The position numbers were made by a program, and so were the translations under genes. The notes below the pieces were generated by a model. That model ran no database searches. It saw only the letters and a list, made by a program, of their open reading frames with translations, and was not told the DNA's origin. A stretch of DNA of 64,000 nucleotides from an uncultured Chloroflexia bacterium (GTDB lineage Bacteria; Chloroflexota; Anaerolineae; JAAYZQ01). Within the stretch, counting starts at the first letter, position 1. Every line of letters starts with the position of its first letter. This document shows, piece by piece, positions 44,412 to 55,330 of the stretch. Where the stretch lies: assembly GCA_963700285.1 (NCBI GenBank), contig CAVOXA010000015.1:32001-96000 (forward strand), given 5' to 3'.

Positions 44412-44417
44412 GCAATT

Positions 44418-44431
44418 AGAACATTAGTTCG
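44418..44431. promoter_or_regulatory. LexA (SOS) box, GAAC-N4-GTTC type
   Basis: AGAACATTAGTTCG at the predicted transcription start; matches the Firmicutes/Actinobacteria/Chloroflexota LexA consensus. Confidence 0.7.
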
Positions 44432-44457
44432 ATATACACCAAGAAAGGAGCCCGACC

Positions 44458-45636
44458 ATGCCCCTCGAGCCCTACAGACACATACCCTATCCCTCTCTCC
44501 ACGACCTCTCCGGCAAGTTCCCACCCGTCGACTGGCTCTGGCCCTCCTGGATCCCCCGCGGCATGCTCACCCTCTTCGGCGCCTCCCCCGGCGTGGGCAA
44601 ATCCTTCGTCGCCCTCGACCTCGCCCGCCGCATCATCCACGGCCAGCCCTTTCCCGATGGCGCTCCCGCGCCCAGCCCCGGCGCCGATGTGCTCATCGTC
44701 GATGCCGAGGGCGCACCCGCTCTCCTCAACCAGCGCGCCCAGGCCTGGGGCATCGACAGCAGCCGTCTCTACCTCATGTTGTCGCCCGATCGTACGGGCT
44801 TCATTGACCTCGTCCAGCCAGGACAAATTCGCCTGCTCACCCTCATGATCAACGAAATCCGTCCCGCTCTCATAGTCGTCGACTCCCTGGCCGCCGCCAC
44901 CAGCCGCGGCGAGACCAGCCTCCAGAGCGCTCGCGACATCCTCGGCGGCCTCTCCACGCTCGCCAGGGTGTTCAACACGGCCATCCTCGTCATCCACCAC
45001 CTGCGCAAGCGTACCCGCTCAGGAGCCGCCGCCCCATCTCCCCAGGTCTCCATCGACGACCTCCGCGGCTCCTCCCACCTAAGCGCCGCCGCCCGCTCCG
45101 TCCTAGCCCTAAGTCTATCCCGAGCCCCTGAGGGACCTGCCGAACGCTCTCCCTCTTTCCCAATCTCCCCCTCTCCCCATCACGAGTCCCCCTCTCTCCC
45201 CATCTCCCCCTCTCCCTCTCGCGGGTCCCCCCCTCTCCCCCTCTCTCCATCTCCCCCTCAGCCTGTCACTCGCCGCCTCGAAGTAGTAAAAACCAACCTC
45301 TGCCGCCACCCGCCTCCCCTCGCCCTGCGCTTCGAAGGTGAAGGCGTAGCCGTTCCCACGCTACACTATTCAGAATGGGTAGAACCGCCTCCTCCGCCCA
45401 CCCAGCTCGACCTTTGCGCCCGGTGGCTCATCGACTACCTCGCCGACGCCGATTCCCCCGTCAAGCCCGCCGACGTCGTCCGCGCCGCCGTGGAACAGGG
45501 CTTCTCCCGTCCAACCCTCTACCGCGCCCGCCAGGCCCTTGCCGGCAAGGTCATAGACCTCGGCAACAGCCCTCACGACCCCAACAAGCGCTGGACCCTC
45601 GTCCCTCCGTCTCCAGATCAGGATGCCCATAACTGA
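44458..45636 (+). CDS. AAA_25 (RecA-fold, RepA/primase-helicase-like) ATPase with C-terminal wHTH-like region
   Basis: VDWLWPSWIPRGMLTLFGASPGVGKS, LIVVDSL, ILVIHHLRK, DLRGSSHLSAAARSV and RRLEVVKTNL. Confidence 0.85.
   Translation: MPLEPYRHIPYPSLHDLSGKFPPVDWLWPSWIPRGMLTLFGASPGVGKSFVALDLARRIIHGQPFPDGAPAPSPGADVLIVDAEGAPALLNQRAQAWGIDSSRLYLMLSPDRTGFIDLVQPGQIRLLTLMINEIRPALIVVDSLAAATSRGETSLQSARDILGGLSTLARVFNTAILVIHHLRKRTRSGAAAPSPQVSIDDLRGSSHLSAAARSVLALSLSRAPEGPAERSPSFPISPSPHHESPSLPISPSPSRGSPPLPLSPSPPQPVTRRLEVVKTNLCRHPPPLALRFEGEGVAVPTLHYSEWVEPPPPPTQLDLCARWLIDYLADADSPVKPADVVRAAVEQGFSRPTLYRARQALAGKVIDLGNSPHDPNKRWTLVPPSPDQDAHN
45146..45260 (+). repeat. In-frame pyrimidine-rich short tandem repeats (TCTCCCC-type units)
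   Basis: Encodes SPSFPISPSPHHESPSLPISPSPSRGSPPLPLSPSPP between two conserved ATPase motifs. Confidence 0.7.
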
Positions 45637-45699
45637 GGAATGAAGCATCACAGCCGCTTTCAACCGCCTGAACGGAGGCACGCTGCCCTTCAAGCCCCA

Positions 45700-45920
45700 T
45701 TTCATTCGGCGCTGCTATGTAGTCAATTCATTGCCGGGCGGTCCGCCTACAGCACGATTCTCACTGAAAACGATACCCCTGCCACTGGTAACGCATCAAT
45801 TTTGCTGGAAAGGCCACCAAGCGTACCCGTCATTCCCGCATGCTTTTGGCGGGAATCCACGCCACCAGCAACCGCCACGTCCGCAGAGTGGATGCCCGCT
45901 AGAACCATGCGGGCATGACA
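45700..45920 (+). repeat. Direct repeat (right) containing a family B REP palindrome (45828-45920)
   Basis: CGTCATTCCCGCATG-cttttgGCGGGAATCC-acgccaccagcaac...CATGCGGGCATGACA; same orientation as, and similar to, 27901-28078. Confidence 0.8.
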
Positions 45921-46122
45921 GGATTTATGTTTTGAACCATAGTGCTTGAATCCCGAGGAATGGAGCTTCACAGCCGGTTTCAACCGGCGCCGCTCAGTAG
46001 CTCTGTGGCTTCAGTCCCGCGCCTTTGGCCGCGCGCGGTCTGCTTGCCAATGGAGGGAACGTTACAATAACAAGAGGGCACACACCGGGACAGTGAGACA
46101 CTGAGACAGTAGAAGGGCATAC

Positions 46123-46212
46123 CACCAGCTCTCAGCCCAGCACCGGCTCTTCCAGGCCGGTGCAAATCACCGGCTCTCAGCCCAGCACCGGCTCTTCCAG
46201 GCCGGTGCAAAT
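46123..46212. repeat. 45-bp tandem duplication spanning the tgt stop codon
   Basis: cacc(a/g)gctctcagcccagcaccggctcttccaggccggtgcaaat, twice. Confidence 0.8.
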
Positions 46213-47301
46213 CCGTTCCATCAACTGCGTGTAGAACCGCAGGTTGTGCAGCGTCGCCAGCCGCAGCCCCAGCGGATCGCCCACGTCAAAGAGATGGTGC
46301 AGGTAGGCCAGCGAGTAGTCCTGGCAGCAGGGGCAGTCGCAGGCCGCCGAGATCGGCCCTCTCTGCCGCTTGTGCTTCTCGTCCCGCACGTAGACAAAGT
46401 GGTAGAAATCGGGGGCCGGCAGGTCCACCTCGTCCAGGCTCGCCGCATTGAAGGCGTACAGCCGCCCGTGGCGGGCGTCGCGGGTGGGCAGCACGCAGTC
46501 AAAGATGCGCCAGCCCATCTGGTAGCAGCGGACAATGTGCTCCGGCTTGCCCACCCCCAGGGCAAAGCGGGGCAGGTGATCGGGCACCAGGCTGGCCGTG
46601 TAGGCCAGGATCTCCTCGGCCAGCTCGCCCTCGGGCGTGAGGGGCCAGCCGCCAAAGCCAAAGCCGTCAAAGCCCAGGGGCAGCAGCTCCTCGGCACAGC
46701 GCTGCGCGCATCGCCTTGTCATAGCCGCCCTGGATGACGCCAAAGAGCAGGGGCCGCGGCCCCTCGCCCTGGCCCCGCGCCTTCAGCAGCCGGTCGAACT
46801 CCTCCCGGCAGCGCCGTGCCCAGTGGATCGTCCGCTCCACCGCCGTCTCGACCTCCTGCCGGTGACGGCGTCGGGGCTGGGGCAGTCGTCCAGGCAGATC
46901 ATCAGGTCGGTGCCCAGGTCGAACTGGAGCCGGATGCTGCGCTCCGGGGTGAACAGCACCTTCTCGCGCTTGCCGTCGATGTCGGCAAAGTGGATGCCCC
47001 GGTCGGAGATGGTGCCGTACCTGGGGTTCTCGCGGATCATGGACATGAGCTGGAAGCCGCCCGAGTCGGAGGCGATGGGCCGCCGCCAGCCCATGAAGTC
47101 GTGGATGCCCCCGGCGCGCTTGATCAGGCCCACGCCGGGCCGGGTGGAGAGGTGAAAGACGTTGACCACCAGACCCCGCACGCCGCAGGCCTCCAGGTCG
47201 CGGCTGTCCACGGTGCGCACCACGCCCCGCGTCGCGTCGGGAAAGTAGACGGGCAGGTGCAGCGGGCCATGGGCCGTCTCGAGCACGGTGGGGATGGTCA
47301 T
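46177..47301 (-). CDS. tgt: tRNA-guanine transglycosylase family protein (frameshifted)
   Basis: LPVYFPDATRGVVR, SDSGGFQLMS, CLDDC, FGVIQGG, FDCVLPTRDARHG, CDCPCC and ATLHNLRFY. Confidence 0.88.
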
Positions 47302-47349
47302 CGATCGCTGCCTCCTCAGCCCGCTGCCCGTCTGTCCCAGCAGGCGGCA

Positions 47350-48029
47350 TCAGGGCGGCGGTGCGATGACCAGGGTGAACTCGCCCCGGGGCTTGTGGTC
47401 GCGGTAGTGGGCCAGCAGCTCGGCCGCCGTGCCGCGCCGGATCTCTTCGTAGAGCTTGGTCAGCTCGCAGGCGACGGCCATCGGCCGCTCGCCGAAGAGG
47501 CTGCTCCAGATCGGCCAGCGTATCAAGCAGACGGTGGGGCGATTCGTAGGCGACCAGGGTGAAGGGGCTGTCGACCAGCGAGGCCAGCAGGTCGCGGCGG
47601 GCGCTGCGTGCCCGCGGCAGAAAACCAAGAAAGACGAAACGCTCGCCGGGCAGCCCCGCCACCGACAGCGCGGCCGCCAGGGCCGTCGGGCCGGGCACGG
47701 GCACGACGGGCACGCCCCGCTCCAGGACAGCCGTGATCAGCTCGTAGCCGGGATCGGCCAGGCCGGGCATGCCCGCCTCCGAGACCAGGGCCACGTCGCC
47801 CTCCTCCAGCGCCGCCAGGACCGCCTGCATCCGGCTGCTGTTTCTTGCGCTCGTAGGCGTCGGTGTAGCGCATCATGGGCGTGTGAATCTCGTAGCGGGC
47901 CAGCAGGCGCTGGGTACGCGCTGGATTCTCCGAGGCGATCAGGCTGACCTGGCGCAGAACGCGCAGCGCTCGGGCGCTGATGTCCTCCAGGTTGCCGATT
48001 GGTGTGCCGACGATGTACAGGGTGCCCAT
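47350..48029 (-). CDS. rsmI: 16S rRNA (cytidine1402-2'-O)-methyltransferase (frameshifted)
   Basis: LYIVGTPIGNLEDISARAL, VSEAGMPGLADPG, YESPHRL, CELTKLYEE and PRGEFTLVI. Confidence 0.9.
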
Positions 48030-48043
48030 TCGCCTCGAACCGC

Positions 48044-48858
48044 TCATGCTTCGCTGACCACGATAAGACCAATTCGGTCTCAAAGACCAGCTCCTGGACC
48101 GACCAGTTCCGACTCTACGACCGAGTCCCAGGAACTGCTGGCCGGTAGTGATCCAGCATCCCCTTTTCCCGCCCGCCCAGGCTCTTGACGGCAAAGCTCA
48201 CCACGACAAGGGGCGCGTTGAGCTGCTCCAGCAGGCGCAGCGTGCTGCCCTGCCTCCTGGCGCTCCAGGGAGGGGCTCATCTTGAGCAGCAAGGCCAGGT
48301 CGGCCTCGTCGTCCGGCGGCTGGACCAGAACGTCCTGGCAGCGGGCCAGCGGCTCCAGCCCAGCCAGCGGCCAGGTAGCGGTTCAGAAAGGAGATGCGCT
48401 CGGCGTCAATGTCCAGGGCGATGTAGCGAGGCGCATCGGCCGGCAGGCCCATCCAGGGCAGGGCCAGCGGATTCAGGCCGCAGCCCAGGTCGAGGATCGA
48501 GTCGGGGCTCGGCCGGTGACTGCAAAGATAGCGCGGATAGAAGCTGTCGAGGATGGGCAGGCGCTCGCGGGTGGAGCTGTGCAGCACCAGGACCTGCTGG
48601 CAGGCGGCCTTGATCTCTGCATCTGATCCGATTCGGTAGGCCGCGTGCCAGCCGCTGGTAGGCGGCCTCATAGTCAACGTCTTCCTCAAAGGCGCCATAG
48701 ACCTGGTGAAGCCGCCGCTTGGTCGCCTTGATGGCGCCCTTGACGTTGCCACGATTTGCCAGTTCACGCTGCGGCAATGCGGCGGACCGTATCGCTACAG
48801 ACCGCACGATACTTTTTTGAGGAGCTACGGCAGAGACGACCCGCTCCAGATCCAGCAC
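48044..48858 (-). CDS. 16S rRNA (guanine1405-N7)-methyltransferase-like protein, FmrO/Sgm/ArmA/Rmt family (frameshifted)
   Basis: AIKATKRRLHQVYGAF, HSSTRERLPIL, SILDLGCGLNPLALPW, ALDID, DLALLLK..P.LERQ and VVSFAVKSLGGREKGM. Confidence 0.82.
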
Positions 48859-48950
48859 CGTGCTCTCTTCTCCCCTGCGCGTGGCTGTGGCCGCACCGTG
48901 AGCACGAATCTGGCCTTTGTAGGTATCCCGTCTGTTGCAGAGCCCGGCAA

Positions 48951-50437
<1,487 letters not shown>

Positions 50438-50582
50438 TTACCCCAGTTCAGTCTATTCCTGTCTGAAGGCCCGATTGGACCGTGATCTGGCATGCAACTA
50501 AACACACCAGTACCGGCACACATCCAGCGGTTGCTCGCCATCACTGGCTGCACGGCTCAGACATGGCGGCTCGAGGTCTGGC

Positions 50583-51765
50583 CTAGTACAGGAACATCGG
50601 CTTGCCCAGCATGTCGGCGATCTTGGGCCGGTACTGCTCTACGTCGTACATCTCGTCCACGTCCACCCGCTTGACGCCCGAGATGACGCGGTTGAGCGGC
50701 ACGTGGGTATACATGCCGTCGCGCAGGGCCACCATCCGCCCGGACCGCCCCTGAGACACCAGGTCCATGGCCAGCAGCCCGTAGCTGACGGCCACCATCC
50801 GGTCCAGCGAGTCGGGCGCGCCGCTGCGCATCAGGTAGCCCAGTTGCTGGTAGATGACGTTCTCGCCCGTGATCGCTTTCAGCTTCTCCCCGGTGAGCTT
50901 GCCGATGCCGCCCAGCTTCTTGTGGCCGTAGGCATCCTCATCGCCCTCATAGTGGATCAGATCGCCGCCAATCTCCCGCGCGCCCTCGGAGATGGTCATG
51001 ATGGCATAGTTGCTGGGATTGTTGTACTTGTCCTGGACCAGCAGCAGGGCCAGCTTCTGAACGTCAAAGGGTACCTCGGAGATGATGGCCCGGTCCACGT
51101 CAGCCAGGTAGGCGGAGATGAGAGACGTCTCGCCCGAGTTTCGTCCAAAGAGCTCGACGATGGCGATCCGCTCGTGAGAGCCGCTGGGCGTGCGCAGGTC
51201 GGTGATAAAGTCGACGCTGCGCGTCACGGCCGTCGAAAAGCCGATGCAATAGTCGGTGCCATAGACGTCGTTGTCCATCGTCTTGGGGATGGCTACCACC
51301 GGAAATCCCTCTTGGTGCAGGCGGGCTGCGTAGGACAGCGTATCGTCGCCGCCAATGGCGACCAGGGCATCTACCTCCAGGATGCTCCAGAACGCTGAGG
51401 ACATGGGGTGTAAAATCAAAGATTGCCTTCTCACCCTCACCCTCGACGGGTTCAGCCGTGCCTTCCAGAAAATCAGGAACATCTGCCGCCCTCACCCGCT
51501 GCGGATTGGTGCGTGACGTATGCAGAAAGGTACCTCCCGTGCGGTCAATGGTTCGCACGGTACTCTTGGTCAGGGGCATGAACAGGTTCTTCTGGGCCTG
51601 GGGGCTGTCCAGGTTGCAGTGCAAAAGCCCACCCCATCCCCGGCGGATGCCGAGCACATCCCAACCCCGATCGATCGCCGTTTCCACAACAGCCTTGATG
51701 GCCGGATTCAGGCCAGGGACATCACCCCCACCTGTCAGAATACCCAATTTCCTATTTCTGGCCAT
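50583..51765 (-). CDS. pfkA: 6-phosphofructokinase, PfkA family (frameshift near 51385)
   Basis: [36 protein letters not shown] and ELFGRNSG. Confidence 0.9.
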
Positions 51766-51897
51766 CTTCTATCCTCCAGTGTTCGTGTGCTCCTTTGGCG
51801 CGGCCCTTGGGCGAAAGGGCCTGTGTCTGAGTATAGCACAGGTACGCGTGAACTGGCAACCACCATGGGCGATGCTGCGCCCCTGATTCCGATTTGT

Positions 51898-52869
51898 CTA
51901 GCTGCGCATCCCTCTCACTCCCTCGATGATGTAGAGGACGGCTCCGATCAGCCCCGCCAAAAGCAGCGTAGTGTCAAAGACCAGGGCCAGGGCCAGCCCC
52001 TGCTGGGCGGGTACACCTGCTTGGCCAAACAGAACCACATAGCCGGCCTCGCGCACGCCCAGGCCACCTATGGAGGGCACCATCAACAAAGCTGAAATGA
52101 TGGGGACAAAAAGAAAATAGTACCAGACCGACAGGTCAATGCCCACGGCCAGGCCCAGGAGGTAATTGATCAGGATGAGCATCAGGTTAAAGACCAGGGA
52201 TGCTGCTGTTGCCCGCAAGAGGGCGGCGGATCCATAGAGGTGGATAGACTCGTACAGCTCCCGCAGGATTTTGATCCGGCCCAGAAGCCGATTCACACCC
52301 AGTCGCCGGCCCCATGATTCGATCCAGGTGCGTTGCAGCAACAGAGCGACCCCAATCACGCAGGCTACAAATGCCGCACCGATGACGATGCGTACTTGCG
52401 ACGAGACCATTTCGTAGCCGCCAGCAGCCAGCGCCAGCAGAGCCATGGCAAAAAGGATAAAGAGACCCAGAAAGCGATCTACCAGGACCGAACTGATGGC
52501 GGCGGCTGTCTTGCGGCTGTCCTGCGACAGTTCAAATATCCGGACTACATCGCCCCCTACGCCGGTGGGTAGTACCAGGCTGAAAAACGATCCTACAAAG
52601 TAGAGGTCCACCAGTCGCCACCACGAAACCTGCACGCCCAAGCCCCAGACCAGCGAGCCCCAGCGGTAGGCGCGCACCAGCACACCACCCAGATACAATG
52701 CCTGGGCCAGCAAGAATGGGAGCCAGTTCATAGCAGCCAGGTACTGGAGGGATTGGCCGACATCCACCTGGGTGACCAATACGATGAGCAGACCCAGGCT
52801 GACGACAATCTTGAGCAAGTTTAGAATCTGTTGGCGCCGTTTCTTGTCCACGTCCAACTGCCACCTCAA
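51898..52869 (-). CDS. Lysylphosphatidylglycerol synthase TM-domain (flippase-like) protein
   Basis: RAYRW, PTGVGGDVVR, SVLVDRFLG and PSIGGLGVREA. Confidence 0.85.
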   Translation of the reverse strand: MRWQLDVDKKRRQQILNLLKIVVSLGLLIVLVTQVDVGQSLQYLAAMNWLPFLLAQALYLGGVLVRAYRWGSLVWGLGVQVSWWRLVDLYFVGSFFSLVLPTGVGGDVVRIFELSQDSRKTAAAISSVLVDRFLGLFILFAMALLALAAGGYEMVSSQVRIVIGAAFVACVIGVALLLQRTWIESWGRRLGVNRLLGRIKILRELYESIHLYGSAALLRATAASLVFNLMLILINYLLGLAVGIDLSVWYYFLFVPIISALLMVPSIGGLGVREAGYVVLFGQAGVPAQQGLALALVFDTTLLLAGLIGAVLYIIEGVRGMRS

Positions 52870-52921
52870 GGCATGTGTAGCACATATGTATCGCGCCAGC
52901 AGAAGCGCATAGACGAATTTC

Positions 52922-55330
52922 CTATTGTCCCGTCGGAATAGACAGCGTGGTCACAATCACAGAGTCGCTCATCGGCTGGCCATCGGAGCCCAGTACGGGC
53001 AGCCGCTCACCTGTCTCCAACTGGTAGAGACCGACGAGCAATTGGTAATCACCCGGCGGAGCATCGGCTGCGATCTCCAATCGATGCGCATCTACCACGA
53101 TCTCGCCAGGTGCCCAACCTGAGGTAGGATAGGCACCTCCTTCTGGCTCGCCGTCGTGCTGGCCGGCGATGCGCCCATCTTCACCCACCAGGTGGACAAA
53201 GACCGTATAATCCGTGTCGAGGGGAGTTCCTGCCTGCCAGTAGAGCTGCAAGCTGCAGGTCGAGACTGGTGGCTCACAGGCCAGCGTGTAGCCCAAGATG
53301 CGGATCCCATCGTCAAATACTGCCCCTAGTGATGTCTCAGGGCTCGCGACCGCCGTATCCATGGTCGTGAGATAGTCAAGTACCACCCGGTCCTGGCCTT
53401 CCGCCGACGGCAAGATGTTCTCCTGGTCTTCAGGCGAGTAGAGCCCCATCTCTAGCCGGTAGCGGCCTGGAGCCAGGTCAGCCGGCAAAGCGAGCACATG
53501 GCGATCTATCACGGCCTGATCCTGGGGCCAGACCGTTGGCTGATAGTAACCTCCCAGTAACAGTTCATCGCGCTGGGCAACCCGTTCCTCATCCGGCCCG
53601 ATTAGATGCAGGAAGACAGTATAGGTGGTACGCGGAGCCTCCAGTGCCCGCCAAAGCAGGCTTACCTCCAGCTCACCATCAGGCTGCAGCACAGCGGAAG
53701 ATAGTTCGTATCCCTCAAGAGCAAGTTCCTGGCCAAACTCTACTTCCAGGGGCTGGCTCACTGCCGGGTCAGGTCGCTCAGCATAACCTTGCCCCACAAA
53801 GACCGCCATCCCCTGTTCGCCAAAGGCCAGATCCATCTGATCCAGAACAGTACGGATGAAGTCATCCTCGAACCTCGACTGCAAACGCCAACCGTCCACG
53901 ACCAGCCAAACGCGGGGCGCTGTAGCCAACACGCTGCGCAACTGCCCCACCTGGTCAAGAACTGGCGCGCCCACCCACCTGTCTACCAGTCTCCCCTCTG
54001 GACCAGGCATCACGTACTCTTCATAGCCAGACTGCATGGCATAATAGTCAGCTTGCCCCAGGTACAGGGCACTGGCCGGTGGATTGGTCGTCAACACGAC
54101 ATCACCTGGCCGTATGACTTCCCTTAGGAAGCGAAAGGCATGGTCGTAACCCCATTCTTGGGTGAACGCAGAGCGAAAGCCAATGACAGCCACAAAGGCT
54201 GCCAGTGCCAAGGCCGCCAACGCGCTCCACCACAGAGGCCTGGGCTTGAGCCACCCCGCCAAAACCGCGCCCACGATCAACCACAACAGCGGCAGCAACA
54301 TGAAAGCGTAGCGGGGCGTCCGCCAGGTCGGTCCAGCCAGGAAGAGTAATTCAGCCAGAGCAACTCCCAGGACCAGGTAGAGGTAAAACAGAGGCGAGCG
54401 CCGTTCCCTTTGCCGCACGATACAGATCAAACCAGCCAGTGCGATCACGGTGAAAGGCAGTCGCCACCAGTCAATAAAGGCCGGGGCAAAGCTCCGCAGT
54501 CCACTGAATAGACCGCTGGCAGGAAAGGTCAGATAGGGCCGGACTTTGTGGATTGCTTCCAGGTGACTGGCTTCGGCCAGACCAAGGCCAAATGCCCCGA
54601 CCAGGTCAACGCCAAAGATGACAACAGCAAAACCAGCCAGGCCCAAAAGAAAGGGTCCCACAACGCTCGGACGCAGCGACCAGCGTAGACCCCGCGCGGC
54701 CAGCACCGCCAGGGCCAGGGCAGGCAGCAGCAGCGCCGCCTCAGCGTGGGCGAACATGGCAGCGACCAGCAATCCCAGCGCCGTCCAACGCAGCCAGGGC
54801 CGGTCTCCTGCGCGATGAGCCACTGCCTCTTTCTGCTCAATGGCACCCAGATAGAAGACATAGACAGCCAGCAGCACCAGCAACTGCAGCAAAGCGTACA
54901 TGCGTACGCGCCCACCCCAGGCGATGGCCTCGGGATCCATGGCCACGGCTGCCGCTGCTATCAGCCCAGCGGCTTCGGCTGTACTCACGCCGAGCCCTGA
55001 GGAGAAGAGCCGCCGGCCGATGGCAAAGACTGCTAATACAGTAGCAATGCCAATGAACAGACTGGGCAGCCGAAGCAGCGTTTCCTCCAAGCCAAAGATC
55101 CACAGGAATGGCGCTTCCAGATAGGTAAAGAGGAGCCCGTGCGTGTAGAAGTTGCCTGACGAAAACAGGGGCAACCCCCGCTCCAGAACGGTCTTGGCGG
55201 CCCAGAGGGTGGTGAATTCGTCAAAGAAGAAGCTGATGCGCTGGATGTAGAGCCAGCGCAAAGCAATGGCGGCAATGATCAAGACCAGCAGAGTGGCCGC
55301 AATCAATAGCCGATGTCTGGCGTGGCTCAC
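52922..55330 (-). CDS. GT-C fold glycosyltransferase (ArnT/PMT-like) with two C-terminal beta-sandwich repeats
   Basis: FFDEFTT loop, RMYALLQ, multiple TM helices, and repeats of the form L.GY.L...LYW...YTVFVHL...YPT..W..GE.V.D. Confidence 0.82.
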   Translation of the reverse strand: MSHARHRLLIAATLLVLIIAAIALRWLYIQRISFFFDEFTTLWAAKTVLERGLPLFSSGNFYTHGLLFTYLEAPFLWIFGLEETLLRLPSLFIGIATVLAVFAIGRRLFSSGLGVSTAEAAGLIAAAAVAMDPEAIAWGGRVRMYALLQLLVLLAVYVFYLGAIEQKEAVAHRAGDRPWLRWTALGLLVAAMFAHAEAALLLPALALAVLAARGLRWSLRPSVVGPFLLGLAGFAVVIFGVDLVGAFGLGLAEASHLEAIHKVRPYLTFPASGLFSGLRSFAPAFIDWWRLPFTVIALAGLICIVRQRERRSPLFYLYLVLGVALAELLFLAGPTWRTPRYAFMLLPLLWLIVGAVLAGWLKPRPLWWSALAALALAAFVAVIGFRSAFTQEWGYDHAFRFLREVIRPGDVVLTTNPPASALYLGQADYYAMQSGYEEYVMPGPEGRLVDRWVGAPVLDQVGQLRSVLATAPRVWLVVDGWRLQSRFEDDFIRTVLDQMDLAFGEQGMAVFVGQGYAERPDPAVSQPLEVEFGQELALEGYELSSAVLQPDGELEVSLLWRALEAPRTTYTVFLHLIGPDEERVAQRDELLLGGYYQPTVWPQDQAVIDRHVLALPADLAPGRYRLEMGLYSPEDQENILPSAEGQDRVVLDYLTTMDTAVASPETSLGAVFDDGIRILGYTLACEPPVSTCSLQLYWQAGTPLDTDYTVFVHLVGEDGRIAGQHDGEPEGGAYPTSGWAPGEIVVDAHRLEIAADAPPGDYQLLVGLYQLETGERLPVLGSDGQPMSDSVIVTTLSIPTGQ

